In this document: positions 1 to 12,739 of the stretch, piece after piece
How positions within the stretch are numbered: the first letter of the stretch is position 1
Layout of the letters: each line of letters opens with the position of its first letter
Made by a program: the position numbers and the translations under genes
Source: Hormiphora californensis
Taxonomy: Eukaryota > Animalia > Ctenophora
Reading direction: 5' to 3'
NCBI GenBank assembly: GCA_020137815.1
Contig: CM035355.1
Span: 2,976,001 to 3,040,000 of the forward strand
Length of the DNA: 64,000 nt
The notes under the pieces: generated by a model
The model's database searches: none
What the model was told of the DNA's origin: nothing
The model's input: the letters and a program-made list of their open reading frames with translations, nothing else

Positions 1-3000
1 AATGGGGTGTTGGAAACCTGAGTATCCTAGATCTGAGCTTGTCTCTAACCGGTCTTTTCCTTCGATCCCCTCTACTAATTGTATCAGACTTCCATTCTTG
101 CTTCGAAAAACTAGGGTAAGGAATAAGGATCCTAACTAGGTTACAGCTATTAAAATCTAGAACAAGCTGATCTTCAGCAATCCTGTTTCCATGACAACCA
201 GCAGTAACTTTTGTAAAATCAAGAAGATATACTTGACAACCACCATGTTATGTTTCAGGGCTTGGTGTGTAATCTCCTCCTTTACATTTGGACTATTCCG
301 GTACATCAATACTGTGGCCCTACTTCCCATTACGATTGACAGGTATTGATTGACAGACAGCGTGACCTCCCCTTTCTAGCTCCAGACAAATGGTATAATT
401 ATCTACCGCCAACTTTACTCTCACGCTACCTAGTTGTCTGATCTTTTTGTAGACGTTAACTTCAAGGGCAAAATCAGGGGTGGCAAGGGTTCAAACAACT
501 TATTCTCTGCCAGTAGACAACTATCTAAACAGTTGATAGTTAATTCAGCGATAAATTGAAGTTCATAAAGTCTTCCTCTCTCTAATATATATTCTTGAAT
601 ACTGTGACCCCAGATTTTCTAAACCAACTCCCTCTCCCTCTCTCTCCATCCTATGACCACTCCACTCTCCACCACTAACTCTTCCCGATACAGGTTCATC
701 ACATTTTGGAAGCCCATCCATTACAAGTGTATCCTGGATTCAGGACGGATGAAGATCCTCATATTCCTCAGCTGGCTACCCAACGTTCTCTTCTCAGTTG
801 CTGGTAGGTGCATGCAGTTCTTATTGGCTCTACAGTCGTTAACCTAGCTTCTTTCGGGGGCACAAACTATTGAGTCAGGGGTGAGAGAGCACCTTACTCA
901 ACAAATATTAGGTCATCCAGTATTGATTGTCGTTAGGCTTGTATAGGAAAATGGTTTGAGATAGACCAAAATGGACTTCACCACCGTTTTTCTCACTCGA
1001 TTTTGGATCGGAATACAATGCCTGATATTGGTATGTGGTTGTTCTCGGTTCCCAGCAGGGTATTCTCTCTACCCCACTCTTGTTGCCGCTGCACGGGGTT
1101 ACCAACCTTTTTAAAACGAGTCTCTAAGAAAACTGGTACATTCTTTTAAGCTCCCATAGCAAATCGTCCAAGGATGATTTATATATGCGATTTAAGTCTC
1201 TGCGAGTTCACTAATAACCTCTAGAGCAGTAAATGTTACACAAAAAAGCGAAAAAGTGAACAAAAAACTGGCCCGTTTCGGGGGTTTGTTCGAAAACATC
1301 AATTAGTCAATTTCAAAGTCAACAAATTACATAATTGGCTTCACTATGTCTTAGAACTTATTTAGAACTATCTTTTACAGCAGAGTTTTTGATTATAAGC
1401 CAATCCTGATGAGACCCGGAAGTGAAAGTTTCTAATTTTTACCAAAACTTTTTGGAGGCCAATTGCTCAGTGAAAAAACAAAAATAGGATGTTTTATTAC
1501 ATCTGAAACGATAGATAATTGTCCAATGAACGAGCTTGATGCATCAAAACATCACTCTGGTACCATTTTTAAGAAGTACAGTAGCTTTAGTTCTTAAACT
1601 CGAAAATTGCAATTTTCCATTTGCAGCGGCAACAAGAGTGGGGTAGAGAAAATTGCCTGGTGGGAACCGAGAACAACCATATTCCAATATCAGGCATTGT
1701 ATTCCGATCCAAAATCGAGTGAGAAAAACAGTGGTGAAGTCCATTTTGCTATATCTCAAACCATTTTTCCGATAAAAGCCCAACGACAATCAATACTGGA
1801 TGACCTAATACAAACCACAACCCATTCCATAAAACCCACATATCTAGTATCTACCCCCCCCCCCCTCCCCCATGACAACCCCGCCCGATGATGGAACTCC
1901 CCTGGGACTCCCATAATCTAACCCACATCTCTCTCCTCCATGACAACTCCACTGCCCCATTATGGGACTCCCATAAAACTAACCACCACACCCCTCTCTC
2001 CCACATGACAGAGGGTGTCATGATGAGTAGAAACACCATCACAACGGAATATCTCCACTTCCAAGGAACGTGTGCCTACTCCATCTTCCTTGAGACCCTG
2101 GTCAAGGAGATAGTCTGCCTCCTTCTCCCTCCCATCTGTGTGTTTGCAATGTATCTTGGTGAGTGATCTTTGTTTCAGTTCTGATTTTGTGACTCTTTTT
2201 CAACCAAATGGTAACGGGATGGTAACTACTGGTAACGGGATTATAACCAAATGGTAACTAACGGTAACCAGATTCTAACTAATACCCCCAGGTATCTGGC
2301 GTGAGATAATCCAGGCCCGGTCCAACACAGTTAGCTACGTGAAGCACTGTCCCCGTATCACCAACACCTACCAAAGCAGGCTAATGTGGACCCCCATCAT
2401 TATTGTCACTGTCATCTCTGTCTCATCCCTGGTTTACATGGTCTCCAAATACATGGGTATGTTAAGAAGCAGCAACATACAGCATGTAGCTAAAATACTC
2501 CAATTAACTAAATTAATTGGGCGTCAATTAGTTAATTCAACCATAAAAACTTCTAATCTAATTCACATATTTTTGCAGTGACGAGTGAGATCCTCTCGCG
2601 GCTCTCAGATATCCTGTGTTTCATGTCGATCGTTATCAACCCGGTAGTCTACATTTTCCGAATACCCGATATCAGAAAGTTTCTCCGCTACAACTATCAC
2701 ATTGAAACTCGCTCCACTAATCGCAGGTATAATGAAAGAAAGTTGTTAGGGAGTACGAGACTTTTTTCAGAAATCACGGCGGGTGGCAATTAGCTGCTAT
2801 GAAGACAAGAGAGAAACAAATAATAATATTTTAAAGTCGCGTACGAGGTTAACCAATGCAAATGCTTTCTCTTCACAGCAGCTTGGCACTCGCCGTGATT
2901 TTCGAGATTCAAAAAGTCTCGTACAGCTTTTTTTAACAGATTGCTAAGCTGTCTTTAAATGGAAGCTGCAAGGTGCATGCCTTCCATGGATATACTACCA

Positions 3001-6000
3001 GGGATCTCATGTTATGTTCACGAGAATAAAATCTTGACTATATAGCAACCTAACCGTCCATTTGTCCATACAATTACATAACCTGTAATTCCTCCCCCTC
3101 TCTCTTCCCCTCTTTCCTGCATTATATCATTCTTTGTTGAGTAAGGGGGAAGAGACACTCTTCCCCCTTACTCAACAAATCATTCTAACCAGTGCAGCAT
3201 GAGTTACTAAAAAACCGCCCCTTTCTCATCACCCCCTCCCCCATGCGGTTATCCAGCTGCTACAAACTCACCACCCTCCCCTTGTTATACAGGAGATTAT
3301 CCAGTACTCCCTAATTCACCCCTCCCCCAGGAGATTATCCAGTAGTCCCTTACTGATCACCCCTCCCCCAGACGATTATCCAGTACTCCCTTACTCACCA
3401 CCCTCCCCTTGTTATACAGGCGATTATCCAGTAATCCCAAACTCACCCCTCCCCCAGGAGATTATCCAGTACTCCCGCTGCCCTGGTGTTCAGTCTAAAG
3501 AGGAAGAGTTTTATACCCATGAACATGGATGATAGTGTGTCAGCTGTTCAGAGGACCACCATAGCAGCTCCCACAATAGTGGAGGAGAGTCCCAGGTAAC
3601 TAGGCAACGAGGGAAGGGGGTCAGTAGCTGTGAGGGTACGGGGTTTCATAGCACCTCCCACTATAGTGGAGGAGAGTCCCAGGTAACTAGGCAACGAGGG
3701 AAGGGGGTCAGTAGCTGTGAGGGTATGGGGTTTCATAGCACCTCCCACTATAGTGGAGGAGAGTCCCAGGTAACTAGGCAACGAGGGAAGGGGGTCAGTA
3801 GGTGAGGGTATGGGGTTTCATAGCAGCTCCCACTATAGTAGAGGAGAGTCCCAGGTAACTAGGCAACGAGGGAAGGGGATCAGTAGCTGTGAGGTTATGG
3901 GGTACGGGGTTTCATAGCAGCTCCCACTATAGTGGAGGAGAGTCCCAGGTAACTAGGCAACGAGGGAAGGGGGTCAGTAGCTGTGAGGGTATGGGGTACG
4001 GGGTTTCATAGCAGCTCCCACTATAGTGGAGGAGAGTCCCAGGTAACTAGGCAACGAGGGAAGGGGGTCAGTAGGTGAGGGTATGGGGTACGGGGTTTCA
4101 TAGCAGCTCCCACTATAGTGGAGGAGAGTCCCAGGTAACTAGGCAACGAGGGAAGGGGGTCAGTAGGTGAGGGTATGGGGTACGGGGTTTCATAGCACCT
4201 CCCACCATAGTGGAGGAGAGTCCCAGGTAACTAGGCAACGAGGGAAGGGGATCAGTAGCTGTGAGGGTATGGGGTTTCATAGCACCTCCCACTATAGTGG
4301 AGGAGAGTCCCAGGTAACTAGGCAACGAGGGAAGGGGGTCAGTAGCTGTGAGGGTATGGGGTACGGGGTTTCATAGCAGCTCCCACTATAGTGGAGGAGA
4401 GTCCCAGGTAACTAGGCAACGAGGGAAGGGGGTCAGTAGGTGAGGGTATGGGGTACGGGGTTTCATAGCAGCTCCCACTATAGTGGAGGAGAGTCCCAGG
4501 TAACTAGGCAACGAGGGAAGGGGGTCAGTAGGTGAGGGTATGGGGTACGGGGTTTCATAGCACCTCCCACCATAGTGGAGGAGAGTCCCAGGTAACTAGG
4601 CAACGAGGGAAGGGGATCAGTAGCTGTGAGGGTATGGGGTTTCATAGCACCTCCCACTATAGTGGAGGAGAGTCCCAGGTAACTAGGCAACGAGGGAAGG
4701 GGTCAGTAGGTGGGGGTACGGGGTTTCATAGCAGCTCCCACAATAGTGGAGGAGAGTCCCAGGTAACTAGGCAACGAGGGAAGGGGGTCAGTAGGTGAGG
4801 GTATGGGGTACGGGGTTTCATAGCACCTCCCACTATAGTGGAGGAGAGTCCCAGGTAACTAGGCAACGAGGGAAGGGGATCAGTAGCTGTGAGGGTATGG
4901 GGTTTCATAGCATCTCCCACTATAGTGGAGGAGAGTCCCAGGTAACTAGGCAACGAGGGAAGGGGGTCAGTAGCTGTGAGGGTATGGGGTACGGGGTTTC
5001 ATAGCACCTCCCACTATAGTGGAGGAGAGTCCCAGGTAACTAGGCAACGAGGGAAGGGGGTCATTAGCTGTGAGGGTATGGGGTTTCATAGCACCTCCCA
5101 CTATAGTGGAGGAGAGTCCCAGGTAACTAGGCAACGAGGGAAGGGGGTCAGTAGCTGTGAGGGTATGGGGTACGGGGTTTCATAGCACCTCCCACTATAG
5201 TGGAGGAGAGTCCCAGGTAACTAGGCAACGAGGGAAGGGGATCAGTAGCTGTGAGGGTATGGGGTTTCATAGCACCTCCCACTATAGTGGAGGAGAGTCC
5301 CAGGTAACTAGGCAACGAGGGAAGGGGGTCAGTAGCTGTGAGGGTATGGGGTACGGGGTTTCATAGCAGCTCCCACAATAGTGGAGGAGAGTCCCAGGTA
5401 ACTAGGCAACGAGGGAAGGGGGTCAGTATGTGAGGGTATGGGGTACGGGGTTTCATAGCAGCTCCCACTATAGTGGAGGAGAGTCCCAGGTAACTAGGCA
5501 ACGAGGGAAGGGGGTCAGTAGCTGTGAGGGTATGGGGTACGGGGTTTCATAGCACCTCCCACTATAGTGGAGGAGAGTCCCAGGTAACTAGGCAACGAGG
5601 GAAGGGGATCAGTAGCTGTGAGGGTATGGGGTTTCATAGCACCTCCCACTATAGTGGAGGAGAGTCCCAGGTAACTAGGCAACGAGGGAAGTTGGTAATG
5701 AAATTCCCCCTCTGCGCTAGCTCACGGAGGGGTAATAATATCGCTTGTACGGCGGGAAAACAAGAATAACTGCATTATGTTTCATAATGCTATGTTTCCC
5801 CGCCAACCTTTATTTTCATAACCATCCAATGTGAAGGCGTGACAGACATTTCCGATCATTTATGAATCATTCAAACCGTATAGAACAAATCATTGTGTTT
5901 TAGTAGCACTAAATTGTGCCCCACATTGCGCGGCTCACATCTCCTGAAAACGTGCCATTGAAGTATTTGATGAAGGAGCAACACCGTTGTCCCTCGCAAC

Positions 6001-8593
6001 TAATCGGGTTACGTCACGGGACAAAAAAAGCGTGACACTTCACTAGTATGTAAACTTGTCGAATTCTAAACCCCTATGCCTTTTTGCAAAAGGCATCCGG
6101 GTGAATGCCGAAGGCATTCACCCGGGCGGGGAAAAAATTCCTGTGTCCAAACTACAAAACAGAAAGTTCTAATTTTTTGAACATACCGAGGAAATTGTCT
6201 GAGCTACCATTACATACCGGAATTTTTCGATATTTTGGCCATTAACACTGTTTTTGTTTTTGGAAAACTATGAAGATGCTGGAATTTGGCTACAAAAACC
6301 TTCAGAAATATGCAAAATGCCATTCCAAAGATATTAGAGGTGGATTCATTGATAACTAAGCTATAGTCGAGTCAGAAAAAATTCCACAAGATTGGAATTT
6401 TATGCCCATATAAGGAGTTATGCGACACACCTCTGTTGTTAAACATGTGGTGTAATCGCTACCGGTCGTTACTTTCTGTAGAATTCAGGTCCTGGTTACT
6501 ATACAAACTAGTACCATACGTTTTAGATAGGTTTTAGACAAGTTTTCGATAACTTTTTATGAGAAGGTCCCGTAAATTTTCATTTTTAGGTAGGCGGTAT
6601 TGTCACCCCTATATGCAATAATAGGGGTGACTTCGTAACCAACGAGGGAAGGGGGTCAGTAGGTGAGGGTATGGGGTACGGGGTTTCATAGCACCTCCCA
6701 CTATAGTGGAGGAGAGTCCCAGGTAACTAGGCAACGAGGGAAGGGGGTCACTAGGTGAGGGTATGGGGTACGGGGTTTCATAGCAGCTCCCACTATAGTG
6801 GAGGAGAGTCCCAGGTAACTAGGCAACGAGGGAAGGGGGTCAGTAGCTGTGAGGGTACGGGGTTTCATAGCACCTCCCACTATAGTGGAGGAGAGTCCCA
6901 GGTAACTAGGCAACGAGGGAAGGGGGTCAGTAGGTGAGGGTATGGGGTTTCATAGCAGCTCCCACAATAGTGGAGGAGAGTCCCAGGTAACTAGGCAACG
7001 AGGGAAGGGGATCAGTAGGTCAGGGTATGGGGTACGGGGTTTCATAGCCGCTCCCACTATAGTGGAGGAGAGTCCCAGGTAACTAGGCAACGAGGGAAGG
7101 GGGTCAGTAGCTGTGAGGGTATGGGGTACGGGGTTTCATAGCAGCTCCCACTATATAGTGGAGGAGAGTCCCAGGTAACTAGGCAACGAGGGAAGGGGGT
7201 CAGTAGCTGTGAGGGTATGGGGTTTCATAGCACCTCCCACAATAGTGAAGGAGAGTCCCAGGTAACTAGGCAACGAGGGAAGGGGGTCAGTAGCTGTGAG
7301 GGTATGGGGTACGGGGTTTCATAGCACCTCCCACAATAGTGGAGGAGAGTCCCAGGTTAGTTACTAGAACCTGCTTGGGGGGGTGGCACACCATAGCAGC
7401 ATCTACCATTGTAGTTAGGGTCTTTGAGACAGGTTATTCATCGATTTGTTATGAAATACTGAATTATTGTGGTGGCAAGGAATACATTTCTTCTTTCTCA
7501 GGGCACCCTCGTGGAATGATAGACAGCTCAGAAAGGCACCCAGCTTCGAGAGTGACCTGGATAAAGTGAGGTAAGATAAGGAGAGAGAGAGAGGGGGGGG
7601 GGGCTAAGGAGAAGAGCCCGTCTCGGCGTCTCATGAACTCGGACCTTGTTTTTCATTCAATGTTGTCGAAGGATGATGTCACTCACCGGGGGGGGGGGGG
7701 GGGATTAATGTGGATCCTCATTAATTCAAAAAGTGCTGGACAAGTCCTCATCCTCATTAATTATTGGCCGCCCCCCCCCCCTCACTCACACAATGCAGCT
7801 TTGAAAAGATCTAGATCAGATCCTGCCCATTTCAAGGTAGATCACTTTTTTCGCTATGGACGTCATATAGGTAGATCCCATCTCTAAAGTAATTTACTAA
7901 TGAGCTGCATGAAGAACCCACAGAATCCTGGCAGGGATAATACCCATGGGCCCCATCTGATCCATGGACTGGTAGGAATTCGCTGGTAGGAATAATAATT
8001 AACTGTGTGATCTAGGCCCTCTCTGGGCACCCTCTGATCCATGGCCTGGCACAGTGTGGTACTATAATCACTTTCTCACGCCCTTCATTCTCCTCCTTCC
8101 CTCAAATGTTATCCATGTTATCTACAAGTCTGTCTCCCCCATGAAATGAATTGACAGAACGGGGCACCCCCGCTTTGGATAACCACCATCTCGTTCTCCC
8201 TATCTCCATTTCTCTCCTCCTATCTTCACTTTATTCTCTTCCTGCACCTGTGCAAACTTTGCAGAACCTGCACTCTACAGTTCCGCAATCACTAACCAAA
8301 TTAAGTGACTTCCCTCCAAATTCAATGTGAAGGGAAGGCATGTGTCACAATGTGACATTGCCGGTTAGGCTCAGACTGGGAACATGTCATGTGTTGACTG
8401 TTGGTTATAGGACCAGCCAAAACAAAAAACTACAACACTTTTAACACTCTCCCCCTCTCACAGGATCCCCACCTCGCCATCAGACTCGTGTCTCGCTAAA
8501 TGTCTGGCAATAAACTACGGTGTCATTACCATTGTGTCTGATCAGAGGAGACGGTGGTCCCACAACGATGTCGTCGGCTTGGAGGTCTACTGA
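1..8593 (+). CDS. Rhodopsin-family (class A) GPCR, 5'-partial, multi-exon
   Basis: Phase-consistent GT-AG exons 1-115, 259-342, 694-803, 2012-2158, 2292-2456, 2579-2726, 3458-3595, 7502-7570, 8464-8593. They give TM2 NLSILDL, TM3 ITIDR|F (DRY-like), TM4 LSWLP, TM5 LLLPP, TM7 INPVVY and a Ser/Thr-rich tail ending ...GLEVY*. The TM core is strong; the last three exons rest on splice phase. Unspliced read-through would stop at 2793. Confidence 0.85.
906..1810. mobile_element. Non-autonomous TIR element (~0.9 kb) in a GPCR intron
   Basis: Imperfect terminal inverted repeats of ~190 bp (TATTAGGTCATCCAGTATTGATTGTCG... / ...CGACAATCAATACTGGATGACCTAATA), mirrored by ORFs 908-1105(-) and 1607-1891(+). 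No transposase; TSD not resolved. Confidence 0.75.
3250..3480 (+). repeat. Short tandem repeats that duplicate an intron 3' end and exon start
   Basis: About five copies of ...CCCCAG/TACAG-G(A/C)GATTATCCAGTA lie immediately before the real acceptor of exon 3458. Confidence 0.8.
3560..7357 (+). repeat. Minisatellite array (~85-93 bp unit, roughly 30 copies) filling a GPCR intron
   Basis: Unit CATAGCA(G/C)CTCCCACTATAGTGGAGGAGAGTCCCAG|GTAACTAGGCAACGAGGGAAGGGGGTCAGTAG...GGGGTTT, interrupted by an insertion at 5692-6642. Confidence 0.95.
5692..6642. mobile_element. 951-bp non-autonomous DNA transposon, TTGG...CCAA termini, 9-bp TSD
   Basis: Imperfect TIR TTGGTAATGAAATTCCCCCT / AGGGGTGACTTCGTAACCAA, flanked by CGAGGGAAG at 5683-5691 and 6643-6651. 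The empty site is visible in neighbouring repeat units. Confidence 0.85.
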
Positions 8594-9805
8594 ACTGTTT
8601 ATACTCAGCCAACCCAGCTGAATCCTAAACTGCATACCAGAACATTCAATCCTAACTCGGACTAAAAGATCCCACCGATATTGGACTGTCCTGAAAATAC
8701 TTGTTCCTCCTTACTCAACAAGAAAATACACAACCTGTCAACCTGAGACACAGTCGAGCCTGTATAGATTGGGTCGGAACATTCCCACACGATTCATGTG
8801 CCATCAGTCTGCAGTCAAGTTCAGTTGCCCAGGGTGCTGGGTGCTCTAAATGGATCGTTCTAGAAAACGGGACGGAGTCAGAAAACCAGAAATAAAATTT
8901 CAAAACAATCAACCGATCCTTATTCTCAGAAATAAAATGGTACGAGAGATATATTTAGAGCAGTCATTATTAGGTTTTAGAGACAGCAAAAAAATTAGGC
9001 TTAGGATTAGAAAACTGTGAAATAAACTGACTGTCTGAGATTTAGGACTCTACTAAATTGATCATTTAGATTGTCTGAGATTTAGGACACTGCTAAATTG
9101 ATCATTGTCTGACTATTTTATGTTTAGAATTTTTGTGAATTTACTTGTTCTCTATGAAAACAAGCATCGTGTTTTCCACTGTGTAAACTAATGATATATG
9201 AATTGCCTTGATAGATGAACTAATCACCTGCTGACATATCTCTCTCTCCCTCACTTTCTCCATTTTTTTCTCTCCCTCTTTAATATCTGTCTCTCTTGCA
9301 CTCTCTATCCCTCTCTATCTATCTATCTGTCTCTCTCACTGATCTCTATTACTCTATCTCACTGGTCTCTATCACTCTATCTCTCTCACTGATCTCTATC
9401 TCTCTATCACTCTCTCTCTCTCTCACTTCCGCGGTTCTTCTCATATCGAGTGTGGGAGAATATGAGAGTGTTGGGCGCTCACTGCTACTGCACGGGGTAT
9501 CACGTGTCCCTGCCACGTGACCCCCCGACACATGGGGATCACCTGCCCTGGGACTGTACCCTACATACACGGCAGGCACGTGTGTCTGTGTGTGAGAGAG
9601 GGAGTGAGAGAGAGACTAGAGAGGGTAAGAGAGAGGGAGATAGGGAGAGGGAGAGAGGGAGAGAGGGAGATAGATAATATGGAAGTTGTTTGTGTGAGTT
9701 TGTCCAGTGGCTGATGATGGATGTTCATTGATTTCTCTCCCTCCCTCTCTATCTCTCTATCTCCCCATTTCTCTCTCTAGTCTCTCCCTCTCTATCTCTC
9801 TGCAC

Positions 9806-10681
9806 CTTTATGGCTTCTAAATGCCCACTGCCCAGTAGTCTGAGATGCTATAACAGCGGCGTGCTGATTTAGATTGTTCACTGTTTTTTTAGTATGCCAG
9901 GCTACAGTGTGTGATTGCCTGCATTGTCGTGAGGTATGAAAACAATCGACCTCAGGTACCAGTTGTCGATTGTTTTCTCAAGTTTTCATCTAATTGTGAG
10001 GTGTATTTGTTTCCCTGACTGATCTAACCCTGATCTAACTGTGCAAACATCCTAGAACAATAGTTATACACTCCCATCAATTTCGTTTGCCCTCTCTCTC
10101 TCTCACCATAGGACTATCGTTTAGAAGCACTATTATTGTGTTTGTACGTGTATTATATAACTCTCATCGTGCGTGTGTGATTTTCGTCAGAGTAAGCACA
10201 GTTGGAAAGCTTCCAAACTTTATGACGTAAGTGCAGTGAGATCCCTCCCTCCCTCTCCATCTTTCTCTCCCTCCCTATATTATTATTATGTCACCCTGTT
10301 TTCTCTTAGTGACCCTTACAAGTTACACCCTGGACAGCTCCCATGACTTTCACACTCTTGCAGCAGCAAGCAACACTCCCTAGTCAGCTCTCTATCGTGC
10401 CAGTAGATCCCTTCTGTCAGTAGCTTCATTCTGCCAGTATAGCTGAACACCAGTTTTCTTGGGTACTGCCTTGTTTTGTTTGGAGGGTTGAACGCTAACA
10501 AGGCAAGTACTGTCGCAGTTTGTTGTAAAGTCTCGACTAACTTATGTCAACATGCCGCTCAGTCAAGACAAATTAATGTCTAAAACAGCCAGAAAGAAAT
10601 TAGTTTTCCGCCCGGCGGGATATGTTTTTAACATTAATATAGACAGTGGAAATAAGCAGGATCTTGAAAGAGATAAAGAGA

Positions 10682-10761
<80 letters not shown>

Positions 10762-12708
10762 AAATGACGAGAATGACGAGAAATCAGACAGGAGAGGAAC
10801 AGCTGCTAAACTAAAAGGTTCGTGCCGATGGCCCTCCTCCTTCGAGAGATAGCTGTTGGTCTCTGGCTAGTGTCAAATATCAAATCCATACACCCTCTCT
10901 CTCTCTCTCATTTTGTGTCTCTCTCATTTTGTCTCTCTCCGTGTCAGAAATAGTTCTGCCCTTGATCCCGCCTTATTTTAGCTGACCCCTGCTTGTGAGT
11001 AATCCTCAACCTGCAAGCATCACGAATCTTTACACTGCCATGCAGACTTTTATACCTCACTCTATACTTCACTCTCCAACAGCCGCTTTAGACCCTCTCT
11101 CTCGTTCTTCACTTCGTCTCGCATGATGACCTCTATATGACGTGTACTAACATTACATGATATCCTGCCAACTCGATTGTTATTATGTCATGTTGATGTC
11201 ATATGCCCATAATATATCACCTGTCAGTGTGTCAGAGAGAGTGTACCTAGTACGGACTATTTTGGGAGTGAGAGAGAGAGAGAGAGAGGCTAGGCTGGAG
11301 AGTGGTAGAGAGAGAGAGAACGGAGAGAAATGAGCGACAGAGAGAAAGAGTGTGTGTCCAGGAATGAAAGGAAATGGAGCAAGATTAATCTGGAGAAATA
11401 TTCCTGCATTATTATCCATGGAAACAACAAAAGTTAAGATTTAGTAGCACATAATATAAAATTATCGAAAAGCTCTGAATATACTGATCCTACTGGGAAC
11501 AGTGTGAATTATAGAAAGCTAAGAGTTGCGATGTCTACCACATCTAAAAAAACGATGGTAAAACATAGGAAAAACGATACAGTACAGGATAGAAAAATGT
11601 TAGTGGGAAGGTTCCAGTTGTTGTAGTGGCACAAGACACAGTCTCACGTAAGGGGGGAAGGGAGGAAGAAAAGAGAGATTCTACTTTAAACATATATTCT
11701 GTCTTGTATCGTTTTTACCATCGTTTTTACCTTTATTTTTTAGGATGTGTATCGAAGCACTATAGTAGCAGGAACCGATTTCTGCTGACGGTTTCTGCTA
11801 AGTAGGTACACTGTTTATGTGAGTTCACATATCTCTGCGAGGGTTCGGTACAGATCAAGATACTACTACAGATCAAAGGACTACTACAGATCAAAGTACT
11901 ACTACTATCTGTTATGTGCAACCAGTGCCACTCCCAAAATAGTCCGTACTAAAAAAGTAAAGGAGAGAGGGAACCGGAGAATGAGAGAAGAAAAGGAACA
12001 AGACGTGTTCATTACCCATTCTGTGATCGTTCCCTTGTTCCCCTCTCCCCTCTCCCTCATACTATTGCGGCAGGAACCCCCGACCCCTACTTGGGGGCGG
12101 AAACCCCCTTTTAAAGGGCATTTGCAGCAATATATCTTCAATATTTATTTTCCCAAAACTATAGGAACTTTTTTATTTTGTTTATCTGTTTAGAACCTGC
12201 TTTTATCAATGACTATTGTCCTTTTGGATCTTTTCCCCGGGCAATCCCCTCAGTTGAGAAGCTGAATGATGTTTCGGACCACTGAAGGCTATGATGTGCT
12301 GGACGGGGGGGGGTTTAGTTGTAATGGGGGGGGGCGATCAAGCATTTAAAAAGAATAAAAATGTAGGGTATACTTATGGGAAAAGAGGGAGATAGAGAGG
12401 GGAGACAGAGAGGGGGAAAAAGGCTTATAATTGTTTGACGAAAATGTCCCCCCTTTCCCTATCTCTCCACGCCCTTTTTCCCCTGATTTTTTCCCCATTC
12501 TTGCTACCTTGTTCATACCCCTAGTTGCGCTATATATCATTCTACCAACCTGCCGTCTCTTTCTCTCCTTGTTCATTCCAATATATCTCACCTTGTTCAA
12601 TATTTGTCTCATGCCATTCATTTGTTGGTATCGTTTCGCCAAGTTACACTTTTAGTACGGTGTTGCGGGATATATAGCATGACACTCCCTCAATTTGCTT
12701 TTTTTGTT

Positions 12709-12739
<31 letters not shown>

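Noticed and set aside
3548-7357. Many short repeated ORFs; possible in-frame tandem microexon cassette
   Set aside because: These are translations of the minisatellite. The putative 31-nt microexon is not frame-preserving, so it is not called as coding.
9430-9590. Possible first exon of the AIG1-like gene (...PTYTAG with a GC donor) or an E-box cluster
   Set aside because: The required frame has a TGA and no in-frame ATG. The block could equally be a minus-strand exon.
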